From the NCBI GenBank assembly GCA_044222185.1, contig JBGANV010000002.1:64001-128000 (forward strand): 64,000 nt of DNA, in the 5' to 3' direction. The notes below the pieces were generated by a model that saw only the letters and a list, made by a program, of their open reading frames with translations, ran no database searches and was not told where the DNA came from. Below, one piece after another: positions 53,958 through 64,000 of this stretch (position 1 is its first letter; each line of letters starts with the position of its first letter). This DNA is from Planctomycetota bacterium. GTDB lineage: Bacteria; Planctomycetota; GCA-002687715; CAIWVZ01. A program made the translations under genes and the position numbers.

Positions 53958-56417
53958 TCACCGTCGAACGAACGGGTTGCGGACGGAGAAGGGGACGTGC
54001 GTCGAGCCGCGGGTCGCGACGCCTTCGAGGAATTCCGCCGAGTCCCAATCGGCAGACACCAGCACGACACGGACGGATGACCCCAACGCACCCGCCTCGG
54101 AGCCGATGCCACCGCGCTCTGACTGACTGCGAAATTGGAGGTGCCCGTCGGGCGTGCGCCGGATGGAGAGATAGAGGAACGGCCACAGCGTTCCGCCCTG
54201 ATCATCGGACGCCTGAAGGACGGCTATCCGCCAACTGCCGTCCCACTCCTGATCGAGGTCCAGCATGGATGAACCGGCATGAACGCGAGGCGGGCCCAGC
54301 TCGGCCGAAGCGTCGACCACGATGGACTGCCACGCGCCTCGATCGGGATCACGCCCTGCTATCACGTCGAGCGTGCGATCGAGCTCGAGTCGAAGCCAGG
54401 ACTGCGCCGGCTCCTCGTGCGCCATTTCACGGAGGTCCGGCAGTGCTTCCTCCGCGTCCGGCCCGATCTTGCGAAGTGCCGTGAGAATCGCCCGCGTAGG
54501 CGGTTCGCGGTAGCTGGTCGTCACCGATCGGCGCAGCTCCACGTCGAGGGGATGGAGGCCTGAGTCGCCGGGTTCCCCGCGGGATTCCGCCCGTTCCCAG
54601 TCGCGACGAGTTGCGAGCACCTCGCTGCGCAGCATCGCGACCAGCGTAGGCACGGCAGCCTTGGCGGAAGGACCCAAGCCCCCGAGCGCGCGGATGACGG
54701 GGTCGCGCAGCGGAAGGAACTCCGACCGAAGCGCGACGCGAAGTGCCGGAAGCGCCGCTCCCGCCGCGCGCCCGAGTCTGCGGATGCGGATCGCCGCAAG
54801 CACGGCGTCAGCGGACCTGGTGTCGCGCTCGATCGTGGCCGCGAGGGTCGCCGGATCGACGTTCCAACCTTTGTCGATCCCTTCGATGGCCGAACACGCG
54901 ACCTCCGCCATGCGAGCGTCAGCGTCGACGAGGATCGGCACGAGGCATTCGACGGCGGCGCCAGCCGCAGTCCCCATGGCCTGGAGCGCGTAGATGGCGG
55001 GCTCTCTCGATTCGGCATTCGACCGAACGAGCTCGATGAGCGCGGGCACGGCGGCCGCGGCCTTGGGGCCAATCCGGCCGACAGCTCGGATGGCGCTCTC
55101 TCGAACCGGTCCATCGCCGCTCGACGCGAGATGCACCATCCTCGCGATCACGGCTGGGTCTTCCCGACCCGTCAGGAGAAGCCTGTCGATCATGGCGAGG
55201 CGCAGCCCCGGCTCTCTGCGCTCGAGCAGGCGCAGGCAGAGCCGGAGGAACTCCTCCCTGGGGGCGATGCGAGCGACCGCGTCCACGAGATCGAAGTACG
55301 GCGAGCTCGGGGAATCCCAGGGCTCACCCCACGATCGCGCGGCACTTGCGTCGTGCGAGTCGGCGACGAAGGGTTCGCGGGAGGTAACGGCGATCAGCTC
55401 GGGCAGAACGGCGCGCGCCCGGACGCCGAATCCGGCCAGTTCGGTCGCGGCTGCCGCGCGCGTGAGGGGTGACGAATCCGAGAGATACGCCGCAAGGAGC
55501 GGAATGGCGATCCGACCGCTCGGGTCGATCCAACCCATCAGCGTGAGCGGAACGCGATTTCCACGCGCAACGGCCGCGGCCACGATCTTCGTGACGAGCG
55601 AACGACTGACGTCGCCCGCGCCATCGATCGCCACGACGGTGGCGAGAGCGCGCAACGACCACGGTCGATCGCGCGAGGACTGGGCGACCAAGGCAGGTAG
55701 CGCGGGTTCGGCGATCCGGCCCAACGCGGTCAGTGCGGCGAGCGCCGGTTCGCACGAGTTCCAATCGTCTTCGTCCAAGAGCTGCGCGAGCGCGGGGATC
55801 GCCGGCGCTGCCAGGTCGCCCATGGTGCCGATCGCGTAGCACGCCCCCATCCGCGTCTGGACGTCCGCGTCGGTGAGTGCACGAACGAGCACCGGCACCC
55901 AGGCGGGGGAGTCTGGCCCGATCCGCGCCGCGGCCCAGATCGCCGTCGATCGCGGTTGGATGCGGTCCGCGATGATGGCGTCGAACAGCTGGGGCAGCGA
56001 CGGGCGCGCGAATGGTCCGAGGCGCCCCAGCGCACTGCTGCAGATGCGCCGCACGTCGGCGTCCGGGGCGCGGAGTCCATCCGTGAGCGCCGGGAGGGTG
56101 GCTGCGGCGACGTCCTGCATCCGACCCAGGCGACCCGACAAGCGTTCGAACGCCGTGTCGAGGGCCTCGAGCGCCACGACGTCGCCTGATTTCATCCGAT
56201 CGAGGAGAGTCACCAGGGCCTCGCGGGATGAAACGTCGTCGGGGCGAAGCTGCTCGGCCGTCCGCAGCCGCGTCACCGCCGAAGGATCGCAGAGCCCCCG
56301 AACCAGCGCGGATTCGATGCTCGATGTCGGTCGTGAGGCAGGGGCGGACTCAGACTGCGCGAGCGTCAGCGACGCGAGGGTCAGGGACACCGTGGCGAAT
56401 CCAAGTCTCGACACCAT
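53958..56417 (-). CDS. Exported HEAT/PBS-lyase repeat protein
   Basis: Signal peptide (LTLAQ); many ALGR.GP.A.AAVPAL repeats. Confidence 0.85.
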   Translation of the reverse strand: MVSRLGFATVSLTLASLTLAQSESAPASRPTSSIESALVRGLCDPSAVTRLRTAEQLRPDDVSSREALVTLLDRMKSGDVVALEALDTAFERLSGRLGRMQDVAAATLPALTDGLRAPDADVRRICSSALGRLGPFARPSLPQLFDAIIADRIQPRSTAIWAAARIGPDSPAWVPVLVRALTDADVQTRMGACYAIGTMGDLAAPAIPALAQLLDEDDWNSCEPALAALTALGRIAEPALPALVAQSSRDRPWSLRALATVVAIDGAGDVSRSLVTKIVAAAVARGNRVPLTLMGWIDPSGRIAIPLLAAYLSDSSPLTRAAAATELAGFGVRARAVLPELIAVTSREPFVADSHDASAARSWGEPWDSPSSPYFDLVDAVARIAPREEFLRLCLRLLERREPGLRLAMIDRLLLTGREDPAVIARMVHLASSGDGPVRESAIRAVGRIGPKAAAAVPALIELVRSNAESREPAIYALQAMGTAAGAAVECLVPILVDADARMAEVACSAIEGIDKGWNVDPATLAATIERDTRSADAVLAAIRIRRLGRAAGAALPALRVALRSEFLPLRDPVIRALGGLGPSAKAAVPTLVAMLRSEVLATRRDWERAESRGEPGDSGLHPLDVELRRSVTTSYREPPTRAILTALRKIGPDAEEALPDLREMAHEEPAQSWLRLELDRTLDVIAGRDPDRGAWQSIVVDASAELGPPRVHAGSSMLDLDQEWDGSWRIAVLQASDDQGGTLWPFLYLSIRRTPDGHLQFRSQSERGGIGSEAGALGSSVRVVLVSADWDSAEFLEGVATRGSTHVPFSVRNPFVRR

Positions 56418-56550
56418 GAGGAAGGGCACAGCATACCCCGAGCGAGCGCGGGTTTGGCACGATCACGACCCGCGCTCGGAAATCGGCGACGCGTCGCGGC
56501 GCCACGACGCCTGGTCGATGCCGGGCCGTCGCGCGCCCCCGCCGCGCGCT

Positions 56551-57342
56551 TCACTCCGTCGTGCACGCGGTGCCGTCGAGGGCGACGACGGGCGCGCGAT
56601 GCGGCAGCCAGAGGTCGAGGAGGATCAGCAGCGAGGCGAGCACCAATCCACCGGCGAACGCGGCGCCGGAGAGGATCAGGAGCCAGATCATTCCGGCCGA
56701 CTGCCGCGTGAGCCACCACGACGCGAAGTCGAGGAAGAGTCCGAGACCCACGGCAAGCGAGACGAGACTACGCAGCCGACTCGACCAGCGCGTGAACCAC
56801 AAGAGCGCGACGACCACCACGCCCAGCGGGGCGAGCGCGAGCGCGTGCGTGTGCGCCGAGGCCACCACGATCTTGGCCGGCACGGGATCGATCTGGCGCG
56901 CGAATGCGACCTTCTTCACGTCGTCGAAGAACTCGAGCGGGATGCGCTCGCCGATGTGCGAGGGATCCGTCGACTTGCGGCCGTGACACGAGACGCAGTT
57001 CTTCGCGAGGATCTCGGCGGGGACGCGCGCCCCCTGGTCCGGGTCGTCGTACTGCTCGGAGACCTTCGTCCCCTTGAGCCACTTGACGAGATGCTCGCGA
57101 TCGGCAGCGGGCAGCGCCTCCGGGTGACCGCGCTCGAGGGCGGAGACGAGCGGCGCCGGCACGTTGACGCCGTGGTAGGCGCCGACCAGATCATCCAGCG
57201 AGACGCCGGGCCGGTCGTCGCGATTCTCGTGATGATCCTCCAGGTGGATCATCGCCGATGCGATCCCGATGAGCATGACGCCGAGAAGCGCCGTGAGGCT
57301 CAGACGCACGCCGGCCGGCAGCTCGCGGAGGTGGAACGTCAC
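56551..57342 (-). CDS. Membrane-bound mono-haem c-type cytochrome
   Basis: GTG start overlaps the upstream stop; one TM, then CVSCH, then SAHTH and three further TMs. Confidence 0.7.
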   Translation of the reverse strand: MTFHLRELPAGVRLSLTALLGVMLIGIASAMIHLEDHHENRDDRPGVSLDDLVGAYHGVNVPAPLVSALERGHPEALPAADREHLVKWLKGTKVSEQYDDPDQGARVPAEILAKNCVSCHGRKSTDPSHIGERIPLEFFDDVKKVAFARQIDPVPAKIVVASAHTHALALAPLGVVVVALLWFTRWSSRLRSLVSLAVGLGLFLDFASWWLTRQSAGMIWLLILSGAAFAGGLVLASLLILLDLWLPHRAPVVALDGTACTTE

Positions 57343-58568
57343 TTCCCGCTCTCCTTGAACAGCGCGGGATCGATCGCCTCCTCCTTGCCGCTCGCGAGCG
57401 CCCGCTGCGCGTGAAGGGCGACGACGTTCGCGCGAAAACCGTCCTGCGCCGAACACACGACGGGCTTCTGCTCGAGGGCCGACTTGAGGAAGTCGGTGAT
57501 GGCGAAATAGAGCGGCGTCTCCGGAAGGCCCACGCCTTCCTTCAGCTTGTTCTGCGCCGCGAGCTTCGTGGCGTCGGCGATGAGCGTGATGCCCTGCTCG
57601 GAGTGGAACGGCTCGCGATTGGCGTAGACCTCCCAGCCCTGCGTCGGAGCATCGGCCTCCTTGAAGAGCCAGCCCGCATTCCACGCGAGCTTGATGGCAC
57701 CCATCTCGCCGTGGAACAGCTCGTACGTCCCGTCGAAGGAGTTGCCGAGCGTCGCCGCATACTGCATGCGCAGCCCATCGGCGAATGCGAACTCGCACGA
57801 GACCGTGTCGGGAACGGTGCGGCCATCCTTGTGCAGCCGGATGCTGCCGTTGGCGCGGACGGAGGTGGGGTACGCGTTGATGAACCAATGAACGACGTCG
57901 AATTGGTGGATGCCCCACTCGCCCAGGAGCCCCAGCGACACCTTCTCGTCGAGGCGCCAGTTGGCCTCCGCATCGTCGGCATTGGCGGACGGAGATCGCC
58001 ACGTCGTCTTCTTGTGCGCCTGGGCACGCACGCTCGCGATGTCGCGAATGGCGCCGGCGCGGGCGAAGGATCGGGCCAGTCCGTAGATGGGGTTCGAGCG
58101 GCCCTGCATGCCGGTGTGGAAGACGGTCTTCGCACCGCGGGCCGCGGCCATGATCGCCGTGAGGTCCTCCATCGAGGACGCGAGCGGCGCTTCGCAGAAG
58201 ACGTGCTTGCCCGCGGCGAGTGCGTCGACGCAGATCTCCTTGTGGCGATGCGTGGGCGTCGCGACGAAGACGGCGGTGACTCCCGTCGCCTTGTCGAGGA
58301 GTTCCTTGTGGGTTGCGAATCCCACGGCGTCCTTCGCGCGGCGGATGCCCGACTCGAGGCGACCCGCGTTGGTGTCGCAGAGGGCCGCGACCTTCACGTT
58401 GGGCATCTTCTGCAGCTCGGTGACGATGGCGCGCCCTTGCCGGCCGGTTCCAATGACGGCGACGGACGCGGGATCGCGCGGTTTCCACGTGAGCGATGGG
58501 CGGTCGATCTCGGGGATGATCGCGAGCGCGGCGGCGGCGCGCAGGAAGTCACGACGGCTCTGGGTCAT
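57339..58568 (-). CDS. Tat-exported Gfo/Idh/MocA oxidoreductase
   Basis: SRRDFL Tat motif, IGTGRQG, ATPTHRH, GKHVFCEAP, H.FD. Confidence 0.9.
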   Translation of the reverse strand: MTQSRRDFLRAAAALAIIPEIDRPSLTWKPRDPASVAVIGTGRQGRAIVTELQKMPNVKVAALCDTNAGRLESGIRRAKDAVGFATHKELLDKATGVTAVFVATPTHRHKEICVDALAAGKHVFCEAPLASSMEDLTAIMAAARGAKTVFHTGMQGRSNPIYGLARSFARAGAIRDIASVRAQAHKKTTWRSPSANADDAEANWRLDEKVSLGLLGEWGIHQFDVVHWFINAYPTSVRANGSIRLHKDGRTVPDTVSCEFAFADGLRMQYAATLGNSFDGTYELFHGEMGAIKLAWNAGWLFKEADAPTQGWEVYANREPFHSEQGITLIADATKLAAQNKLKEGVGLPETPLYFAITDFLKSALEQKPVVCSAQDGFRANVVALHAQRALASGKEEAIDPALFKESGK

Positions 58569-59469
58569 GGACGGGCTCCGGTGGGAAGGCGGAGTGTACG
58601 ACGCCTTTCGGAAGATCCGACCACGTGCGGCGACCGCGTTCGCCGACTCCCAGGAATCCGGACAATCCGGACGGCAGGATCCGCGGGTCGAACGTCACGA
58701 GGAGCGCCGTCGACCAGGCGTCGGCGAGCATGCCCGTGGGCGCGAGGGTCGCTGCAAGGCCGTCCGGGCGCGCGCTCACGCCGGTCCGGGGGTCGAGGAC
58801 GTGGCCGGCACCTTCGACGTTGACTCGCCCATGGGACGCCGAAACGGAGAGCGCCGAGTCGCGGAGAGTCACCAGCGGCGCGGCGACGCCGCCCTCGACG
58901 GCCACGATCCACCCCGTCGACCCCGCGGGCGCCCCGATTGCGACGACGGTGCTCGTTCCCCCGTGGAGCAACGCCCGGCAAATGCCGCTCTGCCTGAGTG
59001 TCGCCGCCGCGAGGTCCAGGGCGAATCCCTTGGCAACGGCGCCGAGGTCCAACGACACATCACGACGCAGGAGGCGGATCGAACGCGCGCCGTCATCCAA
59101 GGCGTAGGCCTCCGTCGATGCCGGTTGCGTCGGGCTCGACGCCGCGCCGCTGGGTTCGCCGCGAAATCCGCGCGCGCGCATGAGGTGTCCCACGTCGATG
59201 TCGAATGCGCCACCCGATCGCCGGCGAACGTCAGCGCAGAGTCGAAATAGCTCGAACGTATCTGCGTCGAGCCGGACCTCGGTTCCGATTTCGGCTCGGG
59301 CGAGATGCCCGAGAAGGCTCTCGCGTCGGAAACAACTGAGTTGTCGCTCGCACTCCTCGATCTCAGCCAACGCGGCTTCGCCGGCCGCTCGCAGCTGCGG
59401 TTCCTCGTCGCCCTCGATCAGGATCTCGAAGCGCGTCGCCATGGCGTTCAGCGCGAGTCGGACGGTCAT
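58549..59469 (-). CDS. apbE: FAD:protein FMN transferase ApbE
   Basis: AMATRF, GGAFDI, LDLGAVAKG, HVLDPRTG, ADAWSTAL. Confidence 0.9.
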   Translation of the reverse strand: MTVRLALNAMATRFEILIEGDEEPQLRAAGEAALAEIEECERQLSCFRRESLLGHLARAEIGTEVRLDADTFELFRLCADVRRRSGGAFDIDVGHLMRARGFRGEPSGAASSPTQPASTEAYALDDGARSIRLLRRDVSLDLGAVAKGFALDLAAATLRQSGICRALLHGGTSTVVAIGAPAGSTGWIVAVEGGVAAPLVTLRDSALSVSASHGRVNVEGAGHVLDPRTGVSARPDGLAATLAPTGMLADAWSTALLVTFDPRILPSGLSGFLGVGERGRRTWSDLPKGVVHSAFPPEPVHDPEPS

Positions 59470-59506
59470 GTCCGACTCTGCCGCCCATCGCATCGCCCGG
59501 CAACCC

Positions 59507-59680
59507 GGCGCGCCGCGCTCCAGCGCGGCTGGAACGGCAGGGCTCGGACCTGCCGAGATCGTCGGGTGGATCGGCGTCGACTACGGCCGGCGCGCATGCG
59601 TCATCGCGCGAGCTATCGCCTCGTCACGCGCCAGGCCGGGCAGAGCCCGGCCATCCGGCCACGCTGGTGCGTGGCGCTCC
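59507..59680. repeat. REPIN-like element downstream of RAYT
   Basis: GCGCCGCGCTCCAGCGCGGC ... GCCACGCTGGTGCGTGGCGCTCC inverted REP pair with internal hairpins. Confidence 0.8.
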
Positions 59681-59695
59681 TGGTATTAGACGGAC

Positions 59696-60301
59696 TCAGG
59701 TGGCAACGTCGCGAGCGGCGCGACGGCGCGAAGCACTCGACCACGGCCACTCCCAGGCAAGTCGACACAGCCCCGCCTTCACCGGATTTGCTTCCGTGTA
59801 TGCGACGGCGCGCGCAATTTCGTCCTCGGTCCGGAGTTCGCGATCGAAATACTCGCGCTGCCAGAAGCGGCCGGTTTGCCCGAGCACACGGTTCGCCGCT
59901 CGGCCGCTGAAGGCCTTCCAGCTCGCGACGACATCGCGAATGTTCGCGCCTTCGATCAACTCGACCACGGCATGAACGTGATTCGGCATGACGACCCAGG
60001 CTCGGAGCCGGTATCGACGATCGTCGAAGTAGAGCAGCGCTGCCTGTACCTGGTCGGCAACCGCCGGGGTTCTCAGAGAACACGCGCCGAGCCCGGTATC
60101 GAGGGTCTTCTCGAGCGCGTGTCGCATGTGGATCCTCAACACGAGGGCGCGCGCCGGATCGCGAGCCGCGTCCACGCGACGTTGCCATTCGACGAAGAAC
60201 TCGGCGGGCAAGCTGTCCGCAAGCCGAAACGTCACGAACTGCCACCGCGGCAACAACCGATGCGGGAGGTACCCCCGCGATGCAAACGGCACGGGCATCA
60301 T
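59696..60301 (-). mobile_element. REP-associated tyrosine transposase (RAYT, Y1 HUH family)
   Basis: RGYLPH, FVTFRLADSLP, VMPNHVH (HUH), FWQREYFDR, Y..ANPVKAGL, WPWSS; GGAGG RBS; flanked by REPs. Confidence 0.92.
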
Positions 60302-60464
60302 CAGACCTCCGGCTGGTAGACGCTGCCATTCGCCAAATGACCAGCCCGCGGTCGAAATTCGGTCGTTCGTGTCGTCGTTCTCGGAGCGCTGCGCTCGCCT
60401 GCGGTGGGAACGGTGGGGGTCGGGCCTGCCGGGGATCACGGATGCTTGAAGACACGCGCGCAAC

Positions 60465-60753
60465 GCGAGCTATCGCCTCGTCACGCGCCCGGCCGGGCGG
60501 AGCCCGGCCATCCAGCCACGCTTGAGCGTGGCGCTCCTCGAACATCGCGGGTCATGCCGCCGGGGCGCTGGGCTCCAGCGCGGCTGGAACGGCAGGGCTC
60601 GGCCCTGCAGAGATCGTCGGGCGGATCGGCTTCGACGACGGCAGGTGCGGCTTGTCGTCGCGTTTCGCGCGCATGGTCGTGCGAGCTATCGCCTCGTTAC
60701 GCGCCCGGCCGGGCGGAGCCCGCCCATCCGGCCACGCTGGTGCGTGGCGCTCC
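60465..60753. repeat. One partial and one full REPIN-like copy upstream of RAYT
   Basis: 60465-60537 and 60562-60753 are degenerate copies of 59507-59680 (shared GCGAGCTATCGCCTCGT.ACGCGCC and REP arms). Confidence 0.8.
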
Positions 60754-60862
60754 GGGAGCAAAAGGGGCGAGAAACGGCCGCAACGAGGCTGGTTTTTTTG
60801 AAGGACTCGACGAACTGGGAGGAGTGGGCACTTTGCTACAAGGGCGCGTGACTAGCGAACCC

Positions 60863-63800
60863 ATGAAGACGCCTGCGCCGGCCGCACGTACGCCGCGTTG
60901 GCTGCCGATTCGATTCGTCCTGATCGGTGCGCTCGCCGCGGGCGCGTGCGCTGTTCTGGACGCTCTCCTCCTCCACCGCGTCCTGCCAGGAAGCCCGCCG
61001 CGCTGGTCGACCCGGACACTGGCGTACGCCGGGTGCATAGCCATCCCGGCCGGCGTCGTCATCGGGTGCTGCGTAGCGATCGTGAACGCCATCGCATCGC
61101 GGCTCGGACGGGGCGGTACGAAACCCGCGCGGGCAGCGCTCCCGTGGGCGATCGTCGGCGGGGCTCTGCTGATCTGGTGGAACCAGGATCTGTTCGACGG
61201 CCCCTGGATCAAGATGCAGTCCTGGGTGGGCCTCGCGAAGGCCGTTTTCATGGGACTGATGCCGGTTTGCGCCGGAATCGCCGCGTGGCTGCTGATCCGG
61301 ATTGCGAACGGCTCGACGGCGCTTCGGCTCGGAGGGGCCATGGTCCTCGCGGCTGCCGCCCTCGTCGTGGATTACCTGAACGGCACGGCGCTTCTCGCCT
61401 ATGCGCGAATCCACGAGCAGATGTCGCTCGCGGTCGTCGGGCTGCTGATTGCCGCCAGCGACGGCCTCGTGGGGCGAATCGTCGGGAGGTATCCCCGCGT
61501 CGGGCTGATCGTCGCACTCGCGCTCGTGGCGGTGTGTCTGGGACTCGGCACCTACCTCCGCGGCCAGAACACCATCTACCGAGTTCGCGGCGCAATCCGG
61601 TCGGGTCCCTATCCCGCCGTCTCGCGGGTCATGTCGAGAGTCGAGGAGCCGATCTTCGACCGGCTCCGACGGATCAAGGAATTCGACGCAGGGAGTTCGA
61701 TCGACCTCACGAAATGGAAGGCACCCGACGTCACCGGCGAGGTCGCGACCATGCGTCGCGACGGCGGCGCGAAGAACGTGTTGTGGATCGCAATCGACGC
61801 GATCCGCGCCGACCACCTGGGCGCCATGGGCTACAACCGACCGATCACGCCCCGACTCGACGCCTTCATCGCGAAGTCCGTGTTGTTCGAGCGGGCATAC
61901 ACACCCGCACCAGCAAGCATGTTCGCGTACTCGTCCATACTCTCCGGCATGCTGGCCCGCGCGTCGGTGGGCTATTCGGCGGAGAACAACGCGGGCTACC
62001 CCGTCCCCGACGACTTCTCCCTCGCATCACAGCTGAAGTCGCATGGCTTCGTGACAGCCGGCTTCATGGCGTTCCATCAGGCGACGCTGAAGAGCACGCC
62101 GGGCTTCGGCACTTTTGCGGCAGGTTTCGACTTCTGGAACCAGGGTCGATCACCGGACGAGATCGCCGGCGACAAGGTGACCGACATCGGCATCTCGTTG
62201 ATCGACAACCTGCGGAAGACGAAGGCTCCCTACTTCGCGTTCATCCACTACATGGATCCGCACGCGCCTTACCGGATCCATGATCAGTTCGATTACGGCC
62301 GGCGCCCGCAGGACGGCTACGACAGCGAAATCGCCTTCGCGGACCGCGAAGTCGGGCGCCTGCTCGACCACGTGGAGGCGACGGGCGGACTCTCGGACAC
62401 GATCATCGTCCTCTTCGGAGATCACGGCGAGTCGTTCGGAGAACACAACGCCCGCGAGCACGGCGGCAGCCTCCACGACCACGAAGCCCGCATCCCGCTG
62501 ATCGTCGCCTGCCCAGGAATACAACCACGGCGTGTGAAAGAAGCCGTTTCGCTCGGTGACCTCATGCCGACGATGCTCCAGCTCCTCGGATTGAAGGACA
62601 AATACGAGCGGCTCGGGCGCGACCTCACTCCGTTGATGCTTGGCCGCACGGATGGATGGTTCGACTACGCGTATGCGGAGCGACCCTGCCGCATCACGAG
62701 GTGGCCCGGTTCGTTCGAGCGCATGGTCGTGCGCAACGATCTGAAGATGATCTGGGACCCCGTCGGTGGCACGTACCGCGTGTACGACCTCGCGCGCGAT
62801 CCGGCCGAGACCGCGGACGTATTCGATGCCGGAAACGCCAAGCATCAGGAGCTCCGCGCCCTGCTCGCAGAGATGGACAAACGGATCGACGGGTATTGGA
62901 AGACGTCGACTGCGAGCCGCCCCGCGCCCCAGGCCTCGGTGACGGATTCACTCCAAAGCCAACTGGACGCTCTCGCGGCAGCCACCGACGATTCCAAGCG
63001 TGTCGCGGTTCTCGCACAGATGTCGTCGCTGCTCCACGGCGACGACGGGTGCTTCCGCGGTGAGCGCACCTTCGCCATCGGCGAGGCGAAGATGAAGGAG
63101 TTCGAGCAACGCCTCGTCGAGCTCGCTCAGCGCGTCGACATCACGGGCCCCGTGGCGAGACCGCTCGTGACACTGCTGGCACTATTCAAGGACCCGGAGC
63201 TCGCGCCCCTGTTCAAGCGATTCGGCACCTCGTCGGCCGGAGACGTCCGCCTCATCTCCGGGTTGGGCCTCGCCGATCTGGGCGACGACGGGTTGCGCAA
63301 CATCCTCGATTTCGAGCAGGACAACGCGGACTTCCGCCTGCGACTCCGGATCCGCGCGGCGCTCGCGAAGCTGGGCGACGAGGACGCGCGCGCCTGGCTG
63401 CGCCCTCACCTCTCGGCGGACACGTCGCCGATCCTCGCCGTCACCCTGCGCGGGCTCGCGGGCACGAAGGATCCGGAGATCTGCGAGCGCTACCTCGCCC
63501 GCATGCAGCACCATTGGCGTGAGGCCGTCGTCGACCGGGCCATGGTCGACGTGTGTGCAGCCGGGACCACGCCCTGGCACGATCTCGCTCTCTATACGGT
63601 GGCGGGAAGCGCGGACGACACCGCGCGGGTCGGCGCCGAACGACTTCTGGCCAGGCGAGGAATCACCACGCTGCCGGACCGCGACCGCAACCGCGCCGAG
63701 ATCTTCTCGACGGTGGCCCAGTCGTCACTGGGATGGGACTGGCCTCTCGCCCTCAAATACCTCTCGGACTGGAAGCTCTACGACGAGGCCGCGCGCCTGC

Positions 63801-64000
63801 CGGAAGCCCTCTGGCGCGTCCGGCTCGCCTGGGAGACGCACGACGCGCCGACCCTCAACGGCGCCATCGCCGATGCTCGAAGCCTGGGCAAGCACCTGTC
63901 GCCGATGGGTGATTCCATGCTCTCGAAGCTCCAGGCCTCCTTCGCGAAGACAGCCTTCACGGAGAACCGGCTCGCGATCAGCGCGGAGATCCTCGATGCG
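60863..64000 (+). CDS. Multi-TM sulfatase/alkaline-phosphatase-superfamily protein with HEAT-like C-terminus (partial, runs off the window)
   Basis: Open frame of 1046 codons to the window end (absent from the ORF track); several TMs, then IAIDAIRADHLG..GY...TPRLD, HYMDPHAPY, GDHGESFGEH. Confidence 0.85.
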   Translation, partial: MKTPAPAARTPRWLPIRFVLIGALAAGACAVLDALLLHRVLPGSPPRWSTRTLAYAGCIAIPAGVVIGCCVAIVNAIASRLGRGGTKPARAALPWAIVGGALLIWWNQDLFDGPWIKMQSWVGLAKAVFMGLMPVCAGIAAWLLIRIANGSTALRLGGAMVLAAAALVVDYLNGTALLAYARIHEQMSLAVVGLLIAASDGLVGRIVGRYPRVGLIVALALVAVCLGLGTYLRGQNTIYRVRGAIRSGPYPAVSRVMSRVEEPIFDRLRRIKEFDAGSSIDLTKWKAPDVTGEVATMRRDGGAKNVLWIAIDAIRADHLGAMGYNRPITPRLDAFIAKSVLFERAYTPAPASMFAYSSILSGMLARASVGYSAENNAGYPVPDDFSLASQLKSHGFVTAGFMAFHQATLKSTPGFGTFAAGFDFWNQGRSPDEIAGDKVTDIGISLIDNLRKTKAPYFAFIHYMDPHAPYRIHDQFDYGRRPQDGYDSEIAFADREVGRLLDHVEATGGLSDTIIVLFGDHGESFGEHNAREHGGSLHDHEARIPLIVACPGIQPRRVKEAVSLGDLMPTMLQLLGLKDKYERLGRDLTPLMLGRTDGWFDYAYAERPCRITRWPGSFERMVVRNDLKMIWDPVGGTYRVYDLARDPAETADVFDAGNAKHQELRALLAEMDKRIDGYWKTSTASRPAPQASVTDSLQSQLDALAAATDDSKRVAVLAQMSSLLHGDDGCFRGERTFAIGEAKMKEFEQRLVELAQRVDITGPVARPLVTLLALFKDPELAPLFKRFGTSSAGDVRLISGLGLADLGDDGLRNILDFEQDNADFRLRLRIRAALAKLGDEDARAWLRPHLSADTSPILAVTLRGLAGTKDPEICERYLARMQHHWREAVVDRAMVDVCAAGTTPWHDLALYTVAGSADDTARVGAERLLARRGITTLPDRDRNRAEIFSTVAQSSLGWDWPLALKYLSDWKLYDEAARLPEALWRVRLAWETHDAPTLNGAIADARSLGKHLSPMGDSMLSKLQASFAKTAFTENRLAISAEILDA

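Overview
High-GC bacterial DNA. It is probably from a Planctomycetota-like lineage, inferred from the ECF-sigma/Ser-Thr-kinase pair, the DUF885, HEAT-repeat and FG-GAP proteins, and the shared C-terminal domains. The main feature is a highly divergent non-flagellar type III secretion (T3SS-like) cluster on the minus strand at ~4.4-18.1 kb. Its gene order is TPR lipoprotein, sctE-like, sctF-like needle, sctG-like, orf, sctI, sctJ, sctK-position orf, sctL, sctN, sctO, sctP, sctQ, fliO, sctR, sctS, sctT, sctU. It keeps the normally flagellar chaperone FliO, but no SctV, secretin, canonical SctD, gatekeeper or translocon is recognisable in the window. A phospholipase-A2-like candidate effector follows sctU directly. 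A divergent operon encodes an FHA-TM-trypsin protease, an FGE-domain protein, an FHA-TM protein and a FliA/WhiG-like sigma factor. A bipartite motif G[CT]GCAACG-N13/14-[GC]CGAT (sigma-28-like) sits correctly oriented in five intergenic gaps of this locus, linking both operons and the candidate effector into one putative regulon. The rest of the window holds a secreted phage-tail-fibre-like adhesin, an ArnT-like transferase, Hsp20, an ECF/kinase/astacin module, DUF885, a 4-hydroxyproline catabolic operon, a beta-propeller/di-haem protein, a sigma-54 two-component system whose kinase has an in-frame TAG, fmt-rsmB, an ApbE/oxidoreductase/cytochrome cluster, a RAYT transposase with its REPINs, and a truncated sulfatase-like gene. 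All assignments come from reading motifs by eye; no database searches were run.
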